Shown: piece after piece, positions 48,149-58,422 of the stretch
Layout: the number at the start of each line of letters is the position of its first letter
How positions within the stretch are numbered: the first letter of the stretch is position 1
NCBI GenBank assembly: GCA_002376005.1
Contig: DFNJ01000027.1
Location: 8,587-72,586 of the forward strand
Direction: 5' to 3'
DNA length: 64,000 nt
Origin: Firmicutes bacterium UBA3570
GTDB lineage: Bacteria; Bacillota; Sulfobacillia; UBA3561
The notes under the pieces: generated by a model
Told to the model about the DNA's origin: nothing
The model's input: only the letters and a program-made list of their open reading frames with translations
The model's database searches: none
Made by a program: the position numbers and the translations under genes

Positions 48149-48158
48149 GGCGACGGCC

Positions 48159-48593
48159 ATGTTGATGGGGGAGTACCGCCACAGCCTGGATGATAAGGGC
48201 CGGGTCTTCGTTCCCGCCAAACTTCGGCAGGGACTGGGGGATTCCTTCGTGGTTACCAAGGGCCTGGATCATTGCCTGTTCATGTTCCCCCTGGGCGAGT
48301 GGGAGGCGCTGAAGAGGCGGCTGGAGCAGCTCCCGCTGACCAGGTCCGATGCCAGGGCTTTCGTGCGTTTCATCTTCGCCGGTGCCTCCGAGTGCGAGCT
48401 GGACAGACAGGGCCGCATCCTTCTGCCAGCGCCCTTGCGGGAATATGCCGGCATCCAGCGCGAGGTGGTGTTCATCGGAGTGGGCAGCCGGGCGGAAATA
48501 TGGAGCGCCGATCGGTGGCAGGCCTACCAGGGTGAGACCGAGTCCAGCTACGAGGAAAAGGCCGAGAAACTGGCCGACATGGGCATCCTGTGA
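48159..48593 (+). CDS. mraZ: Transcriptional regulator MraZ
   Basis: MLMGEYRHSLDDKGRVFVPAKLRQ N-terminus, duplicated SpoVT-AbrB-like halves. 144 aa. ORF upstream extension (GTG 48129) is made of the repeats themselves. Confidence 0.9.
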   Translation: MLMGEYRHSLDDKGRVFVPAKLRQGLGDSFVVTKGLDHCLFMFPLGEWEALKRRLEQLPLTRSDARAFVRFIFAGASECELDRQGRILLPAPLREYAGIQREVVFIGVGSRAEIWSADRWQAYQGETESSYEEKAEKLADMGIL

Positions 48594-48606
48594 AGAGGCG
48601 ACGCCG

Positions 48607-49512
48607 ATGGAACACGTGCCGGTGATGTGCGAGGAAGTCCTCACCTACCTGGATGTGAAGCCGGACGGGACCTACGTGGATTGTACGGTGGGCGATGGCG
48701 GTCACGCCCTGGCCATCGGTCAACTCCTGGGGTCGTCGGGGAGGATTCTGGGGATCGACCTGGATCCCCGGGCACTGGAGACAGCCTCGCGACGGTTGGC
48801 CGGGCTTCGTTGCAGGGTGGATCTGGTGGAGGGCAATTTCGCCCAGCTGGGCTGCATAATGCAGAAACTGGGAATCGCCGCCGCCTCCGGATTCCTGTTC
48901 GACCTGGGAGCCTCCGCCCGCCAATTATATGACCCCGCCCGCGGGTTCAGCTACCAGCACGATGGGCCCCTGGACATGAGGATGGGCCCTGGAGTCCGGA
49001 GGACGGCGGCGGACCTGGTGAATGAGGCCAGCGAAGATGAACTGGCCCGCATTCTCAGGGAATACGGCGAGGAACGCCATGCACGGCGCATCGCGCGGTT
49101 CATAGTGGCCGCGCGCCAGAGACGGCCTATCACCAGCACTGCGCAGCTGGTGGAGGTGATTAAGTCAGCCATTCCCGCCCGCTGGCGGCGCCGGGGACCG
49201 CACCCGGCCCGTCGGACCTTCCAGGCGCTGCGGATTGCGGTGAACCGGGAGCTGGACAATCTGACAAGGGGCCTGAAGAAGGCGCTGGAGAGATCGGAGG
49301 AGGGCGGGCGGATCGTGGTGATCGCGTTCCATTCCCTCGAGGACAGGGTGGTCAAGTCCCTGTTTCGCGAGGCAGCGGGGGAAAACCGGGTTGAGATTCT
49401 CACCTCCCGGGTGATCAGACCCACGAACGGCGAGGTGGAGCGGAACCCCCGTGCCCGGAGTGCCAGGTTGCGTGCCGTGCGGGTTCTGCGACGTACAGGG
49501 GGGGAATACTGA
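48607..49512 (+). CDS. rsmH: 16S rRNA (cytosine1402-N4)-methyltransferase RsmH (MraW)
   Basis: ATG 48607 (MEHVPVMCEEVLTYL), SAM-binding DCTVGDGGH, HSLEDRVVK motif. 301 aa. ORF part upstream overlaps mraZ. Confidence 0.9.
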   Translation: MEHVPVMCEEVLTYLDVKPDGTYVDCTVGDGGHALAIGQLLGSSGRILGIDLDPRALETASRRLAGLRCRVDLVEGNFAQLGCIMQKLGIAAASGFLFDLGASARQLYDPARGFSYQHDGPLDMRMGPGVRRTAADLVNEASEDELARILREYGEERHARRIARFIVAARQRRPITSTAQLVEVIKSAIPARWRRRGPHPARRTFQALRIAVNRELDNLTRGLKKALERSEEGGRIVVIAFHSLEDRVVKSLFREAAGENRVEILTSRVIRPTNGEVERNPRARSARLRAVRVLRRTGGEY

Positions 49513-49970
49513 TGAACCGGAAATGCAGCGCCCGTCGAACCAGCCGTCCGGCGCGGCGGCGAACACCGCGATCCGACCTGGTTGTGGCCCTTAGAATGGT
49601 GGCCCTCTGGAGCCTGGCGGTGTGCGTGGCGTTTGCGGTGGTTAGCAGGCACACGAGGGCTGCAGCACTGGGCTACGAGATCAGGGAGCTGAAACGCGAG
49701 CTGAAGCTGCTGCAAAGCGAGAATCAACGCCTGCGGTGCGAGGTTGCCCGGCTGGCCTCCCCCCAGAGGATAAGTGCGATTGCCATGGGGAAATTGGGCA
49801 TGAAACCTCCGGGAACGATCAGGGTGGCGGAACGGGTGCCGCTGCTCGCCGACGCCGCGGAGCCGGCCGCGGGGACGCTGGTGGGACGTCCTTCATCCCT
49901 CCGGGCAGCAATCCGCTGGATAGTGGCCGCACTGTTCGAGCTGCGGCAGGCGCAGGCACGACGGCGCTGA
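49512..49970 (+). CDS. ftsL: Cell division protein FtsL (septum formation initiator family)
   Basis: Position between rsmH and the PBP gene, start overlapping rsmH stop (ATGA), basic N-terminus, single TM helix, coiled-coil (ELKRELKLLQSENQRLRCEVARL). Confidence 0.6.
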   Translation: MNRKCSARRTSRPARRRTPRSDLVVALRMVALWSLAVCVAFAVVSRHTRAAALGYEIRELKRELKLLQSENQRLRCEVARLASPQRISAIAMGKLGMKPPGTIRVAERVPLLADAAEPAAGTLVGRPSSLRAAIRWIVAALFELRQAQARRR

Positions 49971-50048
49971 AGAGCTCGTGCCCCATCTGACCCATGGGTA
50001 CTGCCGGGCCCCGGGGTGCACGAGGCGGTGCCGGGGGAGGTTTGCTCA

Positions 50049-52151
50049 ATGTTCGTCGCACCCGCGCTCCAGGTGAGGAGGAGGGTGCTCGTGATTCTTA
50101 TTTGCGTCTGCGCGTTCATGGCCGCCCTGGCCGGGAGACTGGCGTGGCTGCAGCTGGTGATGGGCGATGAGCTGGCAGCCAAGGCCATGGAAGTTCGCAT
50201 GCGAGAGATACCGGTGGAAGCCCGTCGGGGAAACATTTACGACCGCAACGGCAGTGAACTGGCGGTGAGCGTGGACGTCTACTCGGTGTTCGCCATCCCT
50301 GCGCAGGTGGAGGATCCCGCGGAGTGCGCGCAAGAACTGGCAGCAGTGCTGGGCATGGAGCCGGGGGAGGTGTTCCAGCGTCTCACCCGTTCGCTGGCCT
50401 TCGTGTGGGTTAAGCGAAAGATCGATGATCAGCAGGCGCGGCGTATCCGGGAGCTCAACCTGGCAGGCATAGGCCTCACCCAGGAAAGCAAACGGTACTA
50501 CCCCAAAGGTACCTTGGCGGCGCACATCATAGGGATCAGCGGCATAGACAACCAAGGTTTGGAAGGGATTGAGCTATACTATGATCGGCAGCTGAGAGGC
50601 GTGCCCGGCAGGATAGTGGTGGAGTTCGATGCGCGGGGTCGCGAGATGCCCCATGCCACCCACCATTATGTACCTCCCGAAGAAGGGCACCATTTGCTGT
50701 TGACGGTGGACGAGGTAATCCAGTACCTGGCAGAGCGGGAGCTAGAAGCTTGCGTCAAGCAACATGGCGCTAAGGGCGGGGTGATCGTGGCCATGGATCC
50801 CCAGACTGGAGAAGTACTGGCCATGGCTTGCTACCCCACCTACGATCCCAATGACTACCAGAGCTACGACGTGGCGTGGCGGCGGAATCGGGCGGTGTGT
50901 GACACCTATGCCCCCGGTTCCACCTTCAAACCCATAACCGCGGCGGCAGCGCTGGAGGAGGGGCTGTACACCCTGAACAGCTGGTTTTACTGCGGGGGCA
51001 GCATCCGGGTGCCGGGGGCCACCGTGTCCTGCTGGCGGTCGGGGGGGCACGGCAGCCTCAGCTTCCTGGAGATCATCGAGCAGTCGTGCAACGTGGGCTT
51101 CGTGCAGGTGGGCCTGAAATTGGGAGCGGAACGGTTCTGTCGATATGTGAGTGCTTTTGAGCTGGATGACAAGACGGGCATCGATTTCCCGGGAGAGGCC
51201 CGGGGAATCATGCTGGCCCCTCAGGAGGTTAAGCCGGTGGATCTGGCGGTCATGGCCTTCGGACAGACCCTGACGGTGACGCCGATCGGTTTGGCACGTG
51301 CTTTCTGCGCCATCGCCAATGGAGGGAAACTGTTACGCCCCTATCTGGTGAAGGAGATCCGCAACTCCCGGGGTGATCTGGTGTGGTCACAGGGCCCCCA
51401 GGTGGTGAGGCAGGTCATCTCCCCCCAGACCGCCCGTGACCTGCAGCGTGCCCTGGAGCAGGTGGTAATATCAGGCACTGGCCGCAAGGCCCAGGTACCT
51501 GGATACCGGGTGGCAGGGAAAACCGGTACCGCGCAGAAGGTGGAGGGGGGGAGGATCGCCCCGGGGAAGTACATGGCTTGGTTCGTGGGATATGTGCCCG
51601 CCGATGACCCGCGCCTGCTACTGCTGGTGGCCATCGACGAGCCCGCCGGTAGCTTTTACGGAGGGCAGGTGGCGGCGCCTGTTTTCGCCCGCATCGCTCA
51701 GGAAGCTCTGAGCTACCTGGAAATTCCGCCCCGGACCGACGTGGAAACTCCAGCACCCGCCCCGCCATCCGAGGTGGAGGTACCCAGCCTGCTCAATCTG
51801 TCCCTGGACGACGCGGCGCGAATTTGCAGGGAACGGGGGTTGGAATTGAAGATCTCCGGGCCGGGGGATGTGGTACTGGGGCAGGTCCCGCCTCCTGGGG
51901 TGGTGGTGCGGCCCGGGACGCAGGTACTGGTGGAGACGGAGCCCCCTGCCGCCGCCGGGGGCACCGTCACCTTGCCGGACTTGCGGGGAAAGACCATCAG
52001 GGAAGTGGCGGAGACTCTGGGGGCCATGGGGCTGTTGTTGGACGCCCGCGGGTCGGGGATCGCCCGGGCCCAGGAGCCAGCCCCGGGCAGCCAGGTGCGG
52101 GAGGGGACGGTGGTCACCGTGTATTTTGAGCCCGTCAGGCCCGACGGGTGA
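50049..52151 (+). CDS. Class B penicillin-binding protein (FtsI/SpoVD/PBP2B type) with two C-terminal PASTA domains
   Basis: ATG 50049 with GGGGAGG upstream. Dimerisation domain, transpeptidase STFKP, SCN and KTGTAQ motifs. Two PASTA repeats at the C-terminus (around codons for LNLSLDDAARICRERGLELKISG and LPDLRGKTIREVAETLGAMGLLLD). Confidence 0.9.
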   Translation: MFVAPALQVRRRVLVILICVCAFMAALAGRLAWLQLVMGDELAAKAMEVRMREIPVEARRGNIYDRNGSELAVSVDVYSVFAIPAQVEDPAECAQELAAVLGMEPGEVFQRLTRSLAFVWVKRKIDDQQARRIRELNLAGIGLTQESKRYYPKGTLAAHIIGISGIDNQGLEGIELYYDRQLRGVPGRIVVEFDARGREMPHATHHYVPPEEGHHLLLTVDEVIQYLAERELEACVKQHGAKGGVIVAMDPQTGEVLAMACYPTYDPNDYQSYDVAWRRNRAVCDTYAPGSTFKPITAAAALEEGLYTLNSWFYCGGSIRVPGATVSCWRSGGHGSLSFLEIIEQSCNVGFVQVGLKLGAERFCRYVSAFELDDKTGIDFPGEARGIMLAPQEVKPVDLAVMAFGQTLTVTPIGLARAFCAIANGGKLLRPYLVKEIRNSRGDLVWSQGPQVVRQVISPQTARDLQRALEQVVISGTGRKAQVPGYRVAGKTGTAQKVEGGRIAPGKYMAWFVGYVPADDPRLLLLVAIDEPAGSFYGGQVAAPVFARIAQEALSYLEIPPRTDVETPAPAPPSEVEVPSLLNLSLDDAARICRERGLELKISGPGDVVLGQVPPPGVVVRPGTQVLVETEPPAAAGGTVTLPDLRGKTIREVAETLGAMGLLLDARGSGIARAQEPAPGSQVREGTVVTVYFEPVRPDG

Positions 52152-52170
52152 AATGGGAGGGTAAAGTGGC

Positions 52171-53694
52171 ATGTCCTCGCGGTCTCCGAAAAGACTCAGC
52201 CAGCTGTTGTCTGGGTGCGAGGTTGAATTCAAGACGGGTCCTGACCCCATGGTATGTGGAGTGGAGCACGACTCGCGCCGCATCTGCCCTGGGGACGTGT
52301 TCGTGTGCCTCCGCGGCCAGCGTCACGATGGTCACCGCTTCGTTCCCCAGGCGGTGGACAAGGGAGCGGTGGCGGTGGTATCAGAACGCCGGCTGGATCT
52401 CCCTTCGGACGTGGCCCTGGTGGTGGTGCCGGATTCACGGCGAGCCCTGGCCTGGCTGGCGGCGGCGGTGCACGATCACCCCAGCAAGGGGATGCGGCTC
52501 ATTGGGGTGACCGGCACCAACGGCAAGAGCACCACCGTTCACCTGGTGCGGACCATTCTCGAGCGCACCGGCAGACCTTGCGGCCTGGTGGGCACCGTCC
52601 ACCGCGTGGTGGGGGGCACGGTGCTACCGGCGGATCTCACCACTCCGGAGGCCCCGGAGCTGCAACGACTGCTGGCGGGCATGCTGGAGGCGGGCTGTAG
52701 CCACGCGGTGATGGAGGTATCTTCCCAGGCCCTGGCGGTGGGTAGGGTGGCTACCTGCGAATTCGACGTGGCAGTGTTCACCAACCTGACTTACGAGCAC
52801 ATGGAACTCCACGGGACTTTCGATGAGTACCGAAAGGCGAAAGGGCTGCTCTTCCAACATTTGGGCACCACCTACTGGGGGTCATCGAAAGATGGCCCCA
52901 AGGCGGCGGTGCTGAATGCCGATGATCCCTCCTTCCCCCATTTCCGGTCCTGGTGCGCGGTCCCGGTGGTCGCCTACGGGCTGGGGGATGGCTGCCAGGT
53001 GCGGGGTACCGAGGTGAAAACCGATGACCGGGGGCGGGTTACCTTTCGGGTCAACGCCCATGGCCACTCGGCATTGGTCAGGCTCCGGCTGGCCGGTACC
53101 TTCAACGTTTATAACGCGCTGGCTGCCCTGGCCGTGGCGCTGGTGGAGGGCCTGCAGCTGGAGGAGGCGGTGGAAGCGCTGGAGTATGCCGACCCGGTGC
53201 CCGGGCGCTTCGAGTACGTGGATGCGGGGCAGCCGTTCGCGGTGATTGTGGACTACGCTCACAGCCCCAACGGCCTGGAGAACGTCCTGCAGGCGGCAAG
53301 GGGGCTGGCGCGAGGGAGGGTGCTGGTGGTCTTCGGCTGCGGTGGAGACCGCGACCCGAGCAAGAGACCCATCATGGGCGAGATCGCCGGGGCCCTGGCC
53401 GATCTGGTGGTGGTGACCAGCGACAATCCCCGCCACGAGGATCCGCATCAGATAATGGCCGACATCGAAGAAGGTCTCAAGCGGACACCTCCGCGGGAAG
53501 GATACCGTCTGGTGGAAGACCGGCGGGAGGCTATCCGCACCGCCATTCGGTTGGCCCGGGAGGGCGACGTGGTACTGATAGCCGGCAAAGGTCATGAAAC
53601 CACCCAGATTTACGGCGACCGCGCCCTTCCCTTCGATGACCGGCGGGTGGCCCGGGAGGTGCTGGCGGAAGTGGTGAGGGGAAAACGAGAATGA
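52171..53694 (+). CDS. murE: UDP-N-acetylmuramoyl-L-alanyl-D-glutamate--2,6-diaminopimelate ligase
   Basis: GVTGTNGKSTT P-loop, DNPR motif (meso-DAP specificity). 507 aa. Confidence 0.9.
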   Translation: MSSRSPKRLSQLLSGCEVEFKTGPDPMVCGVEHDSRRICPGDVFVCLRGQRHDGHRFVPQAVDKGAVAVVSERRLDLPSDVALVVVPDSRRALAWLAAAVHDHPSKGMRLIGVTGTNGKSTTVHLVRTILERTGRPCGLVGTVHRVVGGTVLPADLTTPEAPELQRLLAGMLEAGCSHAVMEVSSQALAVGRVATCEFDVAVFTNLTYEHMELHGTFDEYRKAKGLLFQHLGTTYWGSSKDGPKAAVLNADDPSFPHFRSWCAVPVVAYGLGDGCQVRGTEVKTDDRGRVTFRVNAHGHSALVRLRLAGTFNVYNALAALAVALVEGLQLEEAVEALEYADPVPGRFEYVDAGQPFAVIVDYAHSPNGLENVLQAARGLARGRVLVVFGCGGDRDPSKRPIMGEIAGALADLVVVTSDNPRHEDPHQIMADIEEGLKRTPPREGYRLVEDRREAIRTAIRLAREGDVVLIAGKGHETTQIYGDRALPFDDRRVAREVLAEVVRGKRE

Positions 53695-55076
53695 GGCAGC
53701 TGTTCACCCTGGGACAGGCGGCGGACATCACGGCTGGCCGCCTGGTGGCGGGATCCGCCAATCTCTCGGTGGGGTCGGTGGCGGTAGACGGGCGGGCGGT
53801 TTTGCCCGGAGGGCTGTTCGTGGCGCTCACTGGCCGCCGGGTGGACGGACACCAGTTCCTGGATCAGGCGGCGCGCAACGGGGCGCGGGCAGCGATGATA
53901 TCCCGACCGGTCCCTGCGGCTCCCGGCTCCCTGGGTCTGTTGATGGTGACTGACCCGGTGGCGGCGCTGGGGAGGCTGGCGAGGTGGTACCGGGCTCGCC
54001 TGCCGGTGGAGGTAGTAGCGGTGGGGGGCTCAGTGGGCAAGACCACTACCAAGGACTTCATCGGGCAAGTCTTGGCGACCCGCTGGCGCGTGTACCGGAC
54101 GCCCGGGAACTGGAACACGGAGATCGGGGTGCCCCTCTGCGTATTCGAGTTGGACCGGAGCCACCGGCTGGCGGTGCTAGAGCTGGCCATGCGCCGGCGG
54201 GGTGAGATCAGCTACCTGGCCAGGATGGTGCGCCCACGGGTGGGAGTGGTCACCGACGTCAGCGAGGAGCACATCGAACTGTTGGGCAGCATGGAGGAGG
54301 TGGCGCGGGCGGAGGCGGAGCTCATCGAGAACTTACCCGCCGACGGGCTGGCGGTCCTGAACGGGGACAACCCATATGTGAGGGGGATGGCGGCCGAATG
54401 TCCCTGTCCGGTGGTGTTCTATGGCACCGCAGCCGACTGTCAGGTCAGGCTGGAGGCTTACCGTCCCCGGCAACTGCAGGGAGGATGGGCCTTGGTGCGG
54501 GTGGATGGGGAAACTCTGGAACTGACTCTGCCCGTGCCGGGGCGGCATCTGGCCTTCAACGCGCTGGCGGCGGTGGCGGTGGGACGCCACTACGGCCTGT
54601 CAGGGGCCGAGATCGCGGATGCCTTGTCCCGGGCGCAGCTGACCCGCATGCGCATGGAGGTCAAGAGATTCGGGGACCTGGTGGTCATCGACGACGCCTA
54701 TAACGCCAGTCCCGCGTCCATGATGGCGGCGTTGGAAGTACTCGACCAGGCGCGGGGTCCCCGGCGGATAGCGGTGCTGGGGAACATGCTGGAGCTGGGG
54801 GATCACAGTCGCCAGGCCCATCTCCGGGTGGGAGCTGCAGTAGCCGCCCGCGACGTGCAGCTGCTGGTGTGCGTGGGTGAGCTGGCGCGCCTGATAGGGG
54901 AGGAAGCCCGGAGGCGGGGAATGCCGCAGGATTCGGTAGTGCTCCTCGGGGACTCTCAGGAAGCGGCGCGGAAAGTACCCCAGCTGGTTCAACCCGGGGA
55001 TGTGGTTTTGGTGAAAGGGTCCCGCGGCATGCGTATGGAGCTGGTGGTGGACGCCCTGCGGGAGGCCCGGCCCTGA
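53691..55076 (+). CDS. murF: UDP-N-acetylmuramoyl-tripeptide--D-alanyl-D-alanine ligase
   Basis: GGSVGKTTTKDF P-loop, Mur ligase middle/C domains. Overlaps murE by 4 nt. Confidence 0.9.
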   Translation: MRQLFTLGQAADITAGRLVAGSANLSVGSVAVDGRAVLPGGLFVALTGRRVDGHQFLDQAARNGARAAMISRPVPAAPGSLGLLMVTDPVAALGRLARWYRARLPVEVVAVGGSVGKTTTKDFIGQVLATRWRVYRTPGNWNTEIGVPLCVFELDRSHRLAVLELAMRRRGEISYLARMVRPRVGVVTDVSEEHIELLGSMEEVARAEAELIENLPADGLAVLNGDNPYVRGMAAECPCPVVFYGTAADCQVRLEAYRPRQLQGGWALVRVDGETLELTLPVPGRHLAFNALAAVAVGRHYGLSGAEIADALSRAQLTRMRMEVKRFGDLVVIDDAYNASPASMMAALEVLDQARGPRRIAVLGNMLELGDHSRQAHLRVGAAVAARDVQLLVCVGELARLIGEEARRRGMPQDSVVLLGDSQEAARKVPQLVQPGDVVLVKGSRGMRMELVVDALREARP

Positions 55077-56041
55077 TGGAGCGGATGTGGCTGGCCCTGG
55101 CGCTGTCCTGGGCATTGGCGGTGCTCATGGGCCCCCCGGTAATCGGAGCCTTGAGGCGTCTGCGCGTGGGCCAGGCGGTACGCAAGGAGGGTCCTGCCCG
55201 TCACCTATCCAAGACGGGCACCCCCACCATGGGTGGGGTGCTTTTCCTGGTGCCCATGCTGTTGACCGGGTTGCTCCTGGGAGGCAGGTCGGTGCCACTG
55301 TGGACGGTGGCCGGCACCACGGTGGCTTACGCCCTTTTGGGTGCTGCGGACGACTTCCTCAAGGTGGTGCGCCGGCACCCGCAGGGCCTGCGGGCGCGGT
55401 ACAAGCTCCTCGGGCAGGTGCTGGTAGCGGTGGCCCTGGGTTACGTGGTGATGGTAATCCTGGGGGAGCCACCCTGGGTAAGGGTGCCGTTGGTGGACAG
55501 ATGGCTGTATTTGGGGGCTTGGTACCTGCCATTTCTGACCGTCGTGCTGGTGGGGACTGCCAATGCCGTTAACCTGACCGATGGACTGGATGGCCTGGCA
55601 GCGGGGACGGCAGCGATAGCCTTCCTGTTTTACACCTTTGTCAACTGGCAGGCCGGACGGGTGGATCTGGCGCTGTGGTGTGCGGCGGGGGTGGGAGGGC
55701 TCCTGGGATTCCTGCGCTACAACTGGCACCCGGCCCGGGTCATGATGGGTGATACCGGGTCCATGGGCCTGGGAGCAGCCTTGGGCGCGGTGGCGATACT
55801 GTCCCGCACCGAACTGCTGTGGTTCATAGCGGGAGGGGTGTTCGTCGTCGAGGCCCTGTCCGTCATGCTGCAGGTCGCCGCATTCCAGACTGTGGGGCGG
55901 CGGATCTTCCGAATGAGTCCCCTGCATCATCATTTCGAGTTGGCTGGCCATGGTGAACGGTCAGTGGTGTTGGGCTTCTGGGTGGCGGGGGCATTGCTGG
56001 CGGTGGTAGCGTGGCTGGCGTGGAGGGGTGTAGGCTGGTGA
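55076..56041 (+). CDS. mraY: Phospho-N-acetylmuramoyl-pentapeptide transferase
   Basis: 10-TM protein with conserved MraY blocks (KTGTPTMGG, NAVNLTDGLDGLA, HHHFEL). Start overlaps murF stop. Confidence 0.95.
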   Translation: MERMWLALALSWALAVLMGPPVIGALRRLRVGQAVRKEGPARHLSKTGTPTMGGVLFLVPMLLTGLLLGGRSVPLWTVAGTTVAYALLGAADDFLKVVRRHPQGLRARYKLLGQVLVAVALGYVVMVILGEPPWVRVPLVDRWLYLGAWYLPFLTVVLVGTANAVNLTDGLDGLAAGTAAIAFLFYTFVNWQAGRVDLALWCAAGVGGLLGFLRYNWHPARVMMGDTGSMGLGAALGAVAILSRTELLWFIAGGVFVVEALSVMLQVAAFQTVGRRIFRMSPLHHHFELAGHGERSVVLGFWVAGALLAVVAWLAWRGVGW

Positions 56042-57183
56042 GGCACCGGCGGGCACGACGGCGATCGGGGCTGGAGGTACGCTGGCGGGTCCAGGGGCCC
56101 ATGGATCTCGTACTGTTTGGGATTGTGCTGGCCCTGCTGGGGATCGGGGTGGTGATGATCTACTCCGCCAGCGCGGTTAAAGCCATGATGATTTACGGGG
56201 ACAGCACCTACTTTCTCAAGCGCCAGCTGCTGTGGTCGGCCATAGGTCTGGGCGGGCTGCTGGTGGCTTCGCGAGTGGACTACCGCGTTTGGGCACGTTA
56301 CCACCTGGTGGTGCTGGCGATGGGCATCTTGCTGCTGCTACTGGTACTGGTGCCGGGGGTGGGTCGGCAGGCTTACGGGGCCAGGCGCTGGCTGGGGGTC
56401 GGGCCCCTGGGGTTTCAGCCTTCGGAGGCCATGAAACCGGCCTTCGTGGTATTCCTCGCCAGCCATCTGGCCGCGCGCCGGGAGGTAATGGGCAGATTCT
56501 GGGCGGGGATGGGACCTGCGCTCCTGGTGACAGGCGCATGCGCCGGCCTGATCCTCCTGCAACCCGACCTGGGCACGGCGGTTTCCCTGTGCATCACCTG
56601 CGCGGTGCTGCTTTTCGTCGCCGGGGCCAGGGTTTCGCACCTGATGATGGTGGCAGCCGGATCAGCCCCGCTCCTGTACTGGGCGGTAGTCTCCGAACAG
56701 TACCGGTTACGTCGGGTCCTGGCGTTCCTCGATCCCTGGGCCGACCCCCAGGGGGCGGGTTTTCACATCATCCAGTCCCTTTACGCCATTGGTTCCGGGG
56801 GGCTGTTCGGGGTTGGTCTGGGCGCTAGCCGCCAGAAGTTCTTCTACCTCCCGGCCGAGCATACCGACTTCATCTTCGCCATATTGGGCGAAGAGCTGGG
56901 GTTTGTGGGCGGGCTGTTGGTGCTCGGCCTGTTCCTGGTGCTGGCCTGGCGGGGATACCGGGTGGCGATGGCAGCCCCTGACTTGCTGGGCTGCCTGTTG
57001 GCGGGAGGCATGACCAGCATGGTTGTCCTGCAAGCACTCATCAACATCGGGGTGGTGACCGGGTCGTTGCCGGTGACGGGCATCCCCCTCCCCCTGGTGA
57101 GCTTCGGCGGATCGTCCCTGGTGTTCAGCCTGGGCGGACTGGGGATCTTGCTCAGCGTGTCCCGGTACGGCTGGCAGGGATGA
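56038..57183 (+). CDS. ftsW: SEDS-family peptidoglycan glycosyltransferase FtsW/SpoVE
   Basis: Conserved SEDS blocks (IYSASAV, FQPSE, LQPDLGTA, DFIFAILGEELGFVGG). GTG 56038 overlaps mraY stop (GTGA). Alternative ATG 56101 (MDLVLFG). Confidence 0.85.
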   Translation: MRHRRARRRSGLEVRWRVQGPMDLVLFGIVLALLGIGVVMIYSASAVKAMMIYGDSTYFLKRQLLWSAIGLGGLLVASRVDYRVWARYHLVVLAMGILLLLLVLVPGVGRQAYGARRWLGVGPLGFQPSEAMKPAFVVFLASHLAARREVMGRFWAGMGPALLVTGACAGLILLQPDLGTAVSLCITCAVLLFVAGARVSHLMMVAAGSAPLLYWAVVSEQYRLRRVLAFLDPWADPQGAGFHIIQSLYAIGSGGLFGVGLGASRQKFFYLPAEHTDFIFAILGEELGFVGGLLVLGLFLVLAWRGYRVAMAAPDLLGCLLAGGMTSMVVLQALINIGVVTGSLPVTGIPLPLVSFGGSSLVFSLGGLGILLSVSRYGWQG

Positions 57184-58328
57184 GGCAACGGGTCCCCAGG
57201 GTGCTGATCAGTGGCGGAGGGACGGGCGGGCATGTGTATCCCGCCCTGGCGGTGGCCACGGCCCTGCGAGATCGCTTGCGAGCTGAAGTGCTGTATGTGG
57301 GCACCCGGCGGGGCCTGGAGGCACGACTGGTACCCGCTGCGGGCATTCCCTTCCGCACGGTCTCGGCCAGGGGCCTGGTGGGCAAGAGTCCCGCCCAGGC
57401 CATGGCCGCGGTGCTGGCCGCCGCTCGGGGGGCATTGGAGTCCTGGCGGCTGGTGCGCCAGTTCCGCCCCGACCTCATGGTGGCCACCGGCGGGTATGTT
57501 TGCGGGCCCACGGCGCTGGTGGCCCGGCTTATGGGCGTACCCCTGGTGCTGCAGGAGCAAAATGTATTGCCTGGGTTCACGGTCCGTCTCCTCAGCCGCT
57601 GGGCGGAGCTGGTGTGCGTTCCCTCGGCGGAGACGGAGAAGTACCTTCCCGGGACCAGCCGGGTGGCGGTGACCGGTAACCCCATCCGCCCCGAGATCAC
57701 CGCCACCGCCGGTGAGGAGGCGCGCCGGCGGCTGGGGCTGGAAGCGGGAATGCCCTGGGTGCTGGTGTTCAGCGGTAGCCGAGGAGCCCGCACGGTGGTG
57801 GAGGCGACGGTGCAGGCGGTGCCTCACTGGATGGCGAAGCTGCGAGCGGGCCTTTTCCTGGTTACCGGTACCCGTTATTACCGGTGGGCGCAGCAACGGC
57901 TGCGCCAGCTGGGAATACCTCCCGAGGGGCGCGGCCATATTATGGTTAGGCCTTACCTGGAAGAGATGCATCTGGCGCTGGCGGCCGCCGACCTGGTGGT
58001 GGCGCGGGCCGGGGCTATGACGGTGGCAGAGATCACCGCGCGGGGGCTACCCGCCATATTGGTTCCCTCTCCCCACGTCGCCGCCAATCATCAGGAGTAC
58101 AATGCCCGCTGGATGGAACGCCACGGGGCGGCGGTGGTGATCCCTGATCATGAGTTCACCGGCGAGGCGCTGCTGGCCACCGCCCAGGAGCTGCTGTCCG
58201 ATCGCCAGCGACTGGCGGACATGGCCCGGGCCTCGCGAGGGCTGGGGCGACCTGAGGCGCTGGATCGGATGGTGCAGCTCATTGCGGGACTCCTGGGGGT
58301 GAGCGAGGGGCGGGACAAGCGGGGGTGA
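57180..58328 (+). CDS. murG: UDP-N-acetylglucosamine--N-acetylmuramyl-(pentapeptide) pyrophosphoryl-undecaprenol GlcNAc transferase
   Basis: GGTGGHVYPALA N-terminal motif, GT28 C-terminal domain. Overlaps ftsW by 4 nt. Confidence 0.9.
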   Translation: MRQRVPRVLISGGGTGGHVYPALAVATALRDRLRAEVLYVGTRRGLEARLVPAAGIPFRTVSARGLVGKSPAQAMAAVLAAARGALESWRLVRQFRPDLMVATGGYVCGPTALVARLMGVPLVLQEQNVLPGFTVRLLSRWAELVCVPSAETEKYLPGTSRVAVTGNPIRPEITATAGEEARRRLGLEAGMPWVLVFSGSRGARTVVEATVQAVPHWMAKLRAGLFLVTGTRYYRWAQQRLRQLGIPPEGRGHIMVRPYLEEMHLALAAADLVVARAGAMTVAEITARGLPAILVPSPHVAANHQEYNARWMERHGAAVVIPDHEFTGEALLATAQELLSDRQRLADMARASRGLGRPEALDRMVQLIAGLLGVSEGRDKRG

Positions 58329-58422
58329 GGTGACGGGTGCATAGGACCGGACATATGATGGCATGGGCTTGGACGTGACACGGAAAAGAGCCGCCGGCGA
58401 GGGACGGGAGGCGCAGAACATC

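Noticed and set aside
48129-48158. Upstream extension of the mraZ ORF (GTG 48129, MGKSGGPATA...)
   Set aside because: The extension is composed of the GTGGGGAAAA tandem repeats. MraZ orthologs start at the MLMGEY/MFMGEY-equivalent position (ATG 48159)
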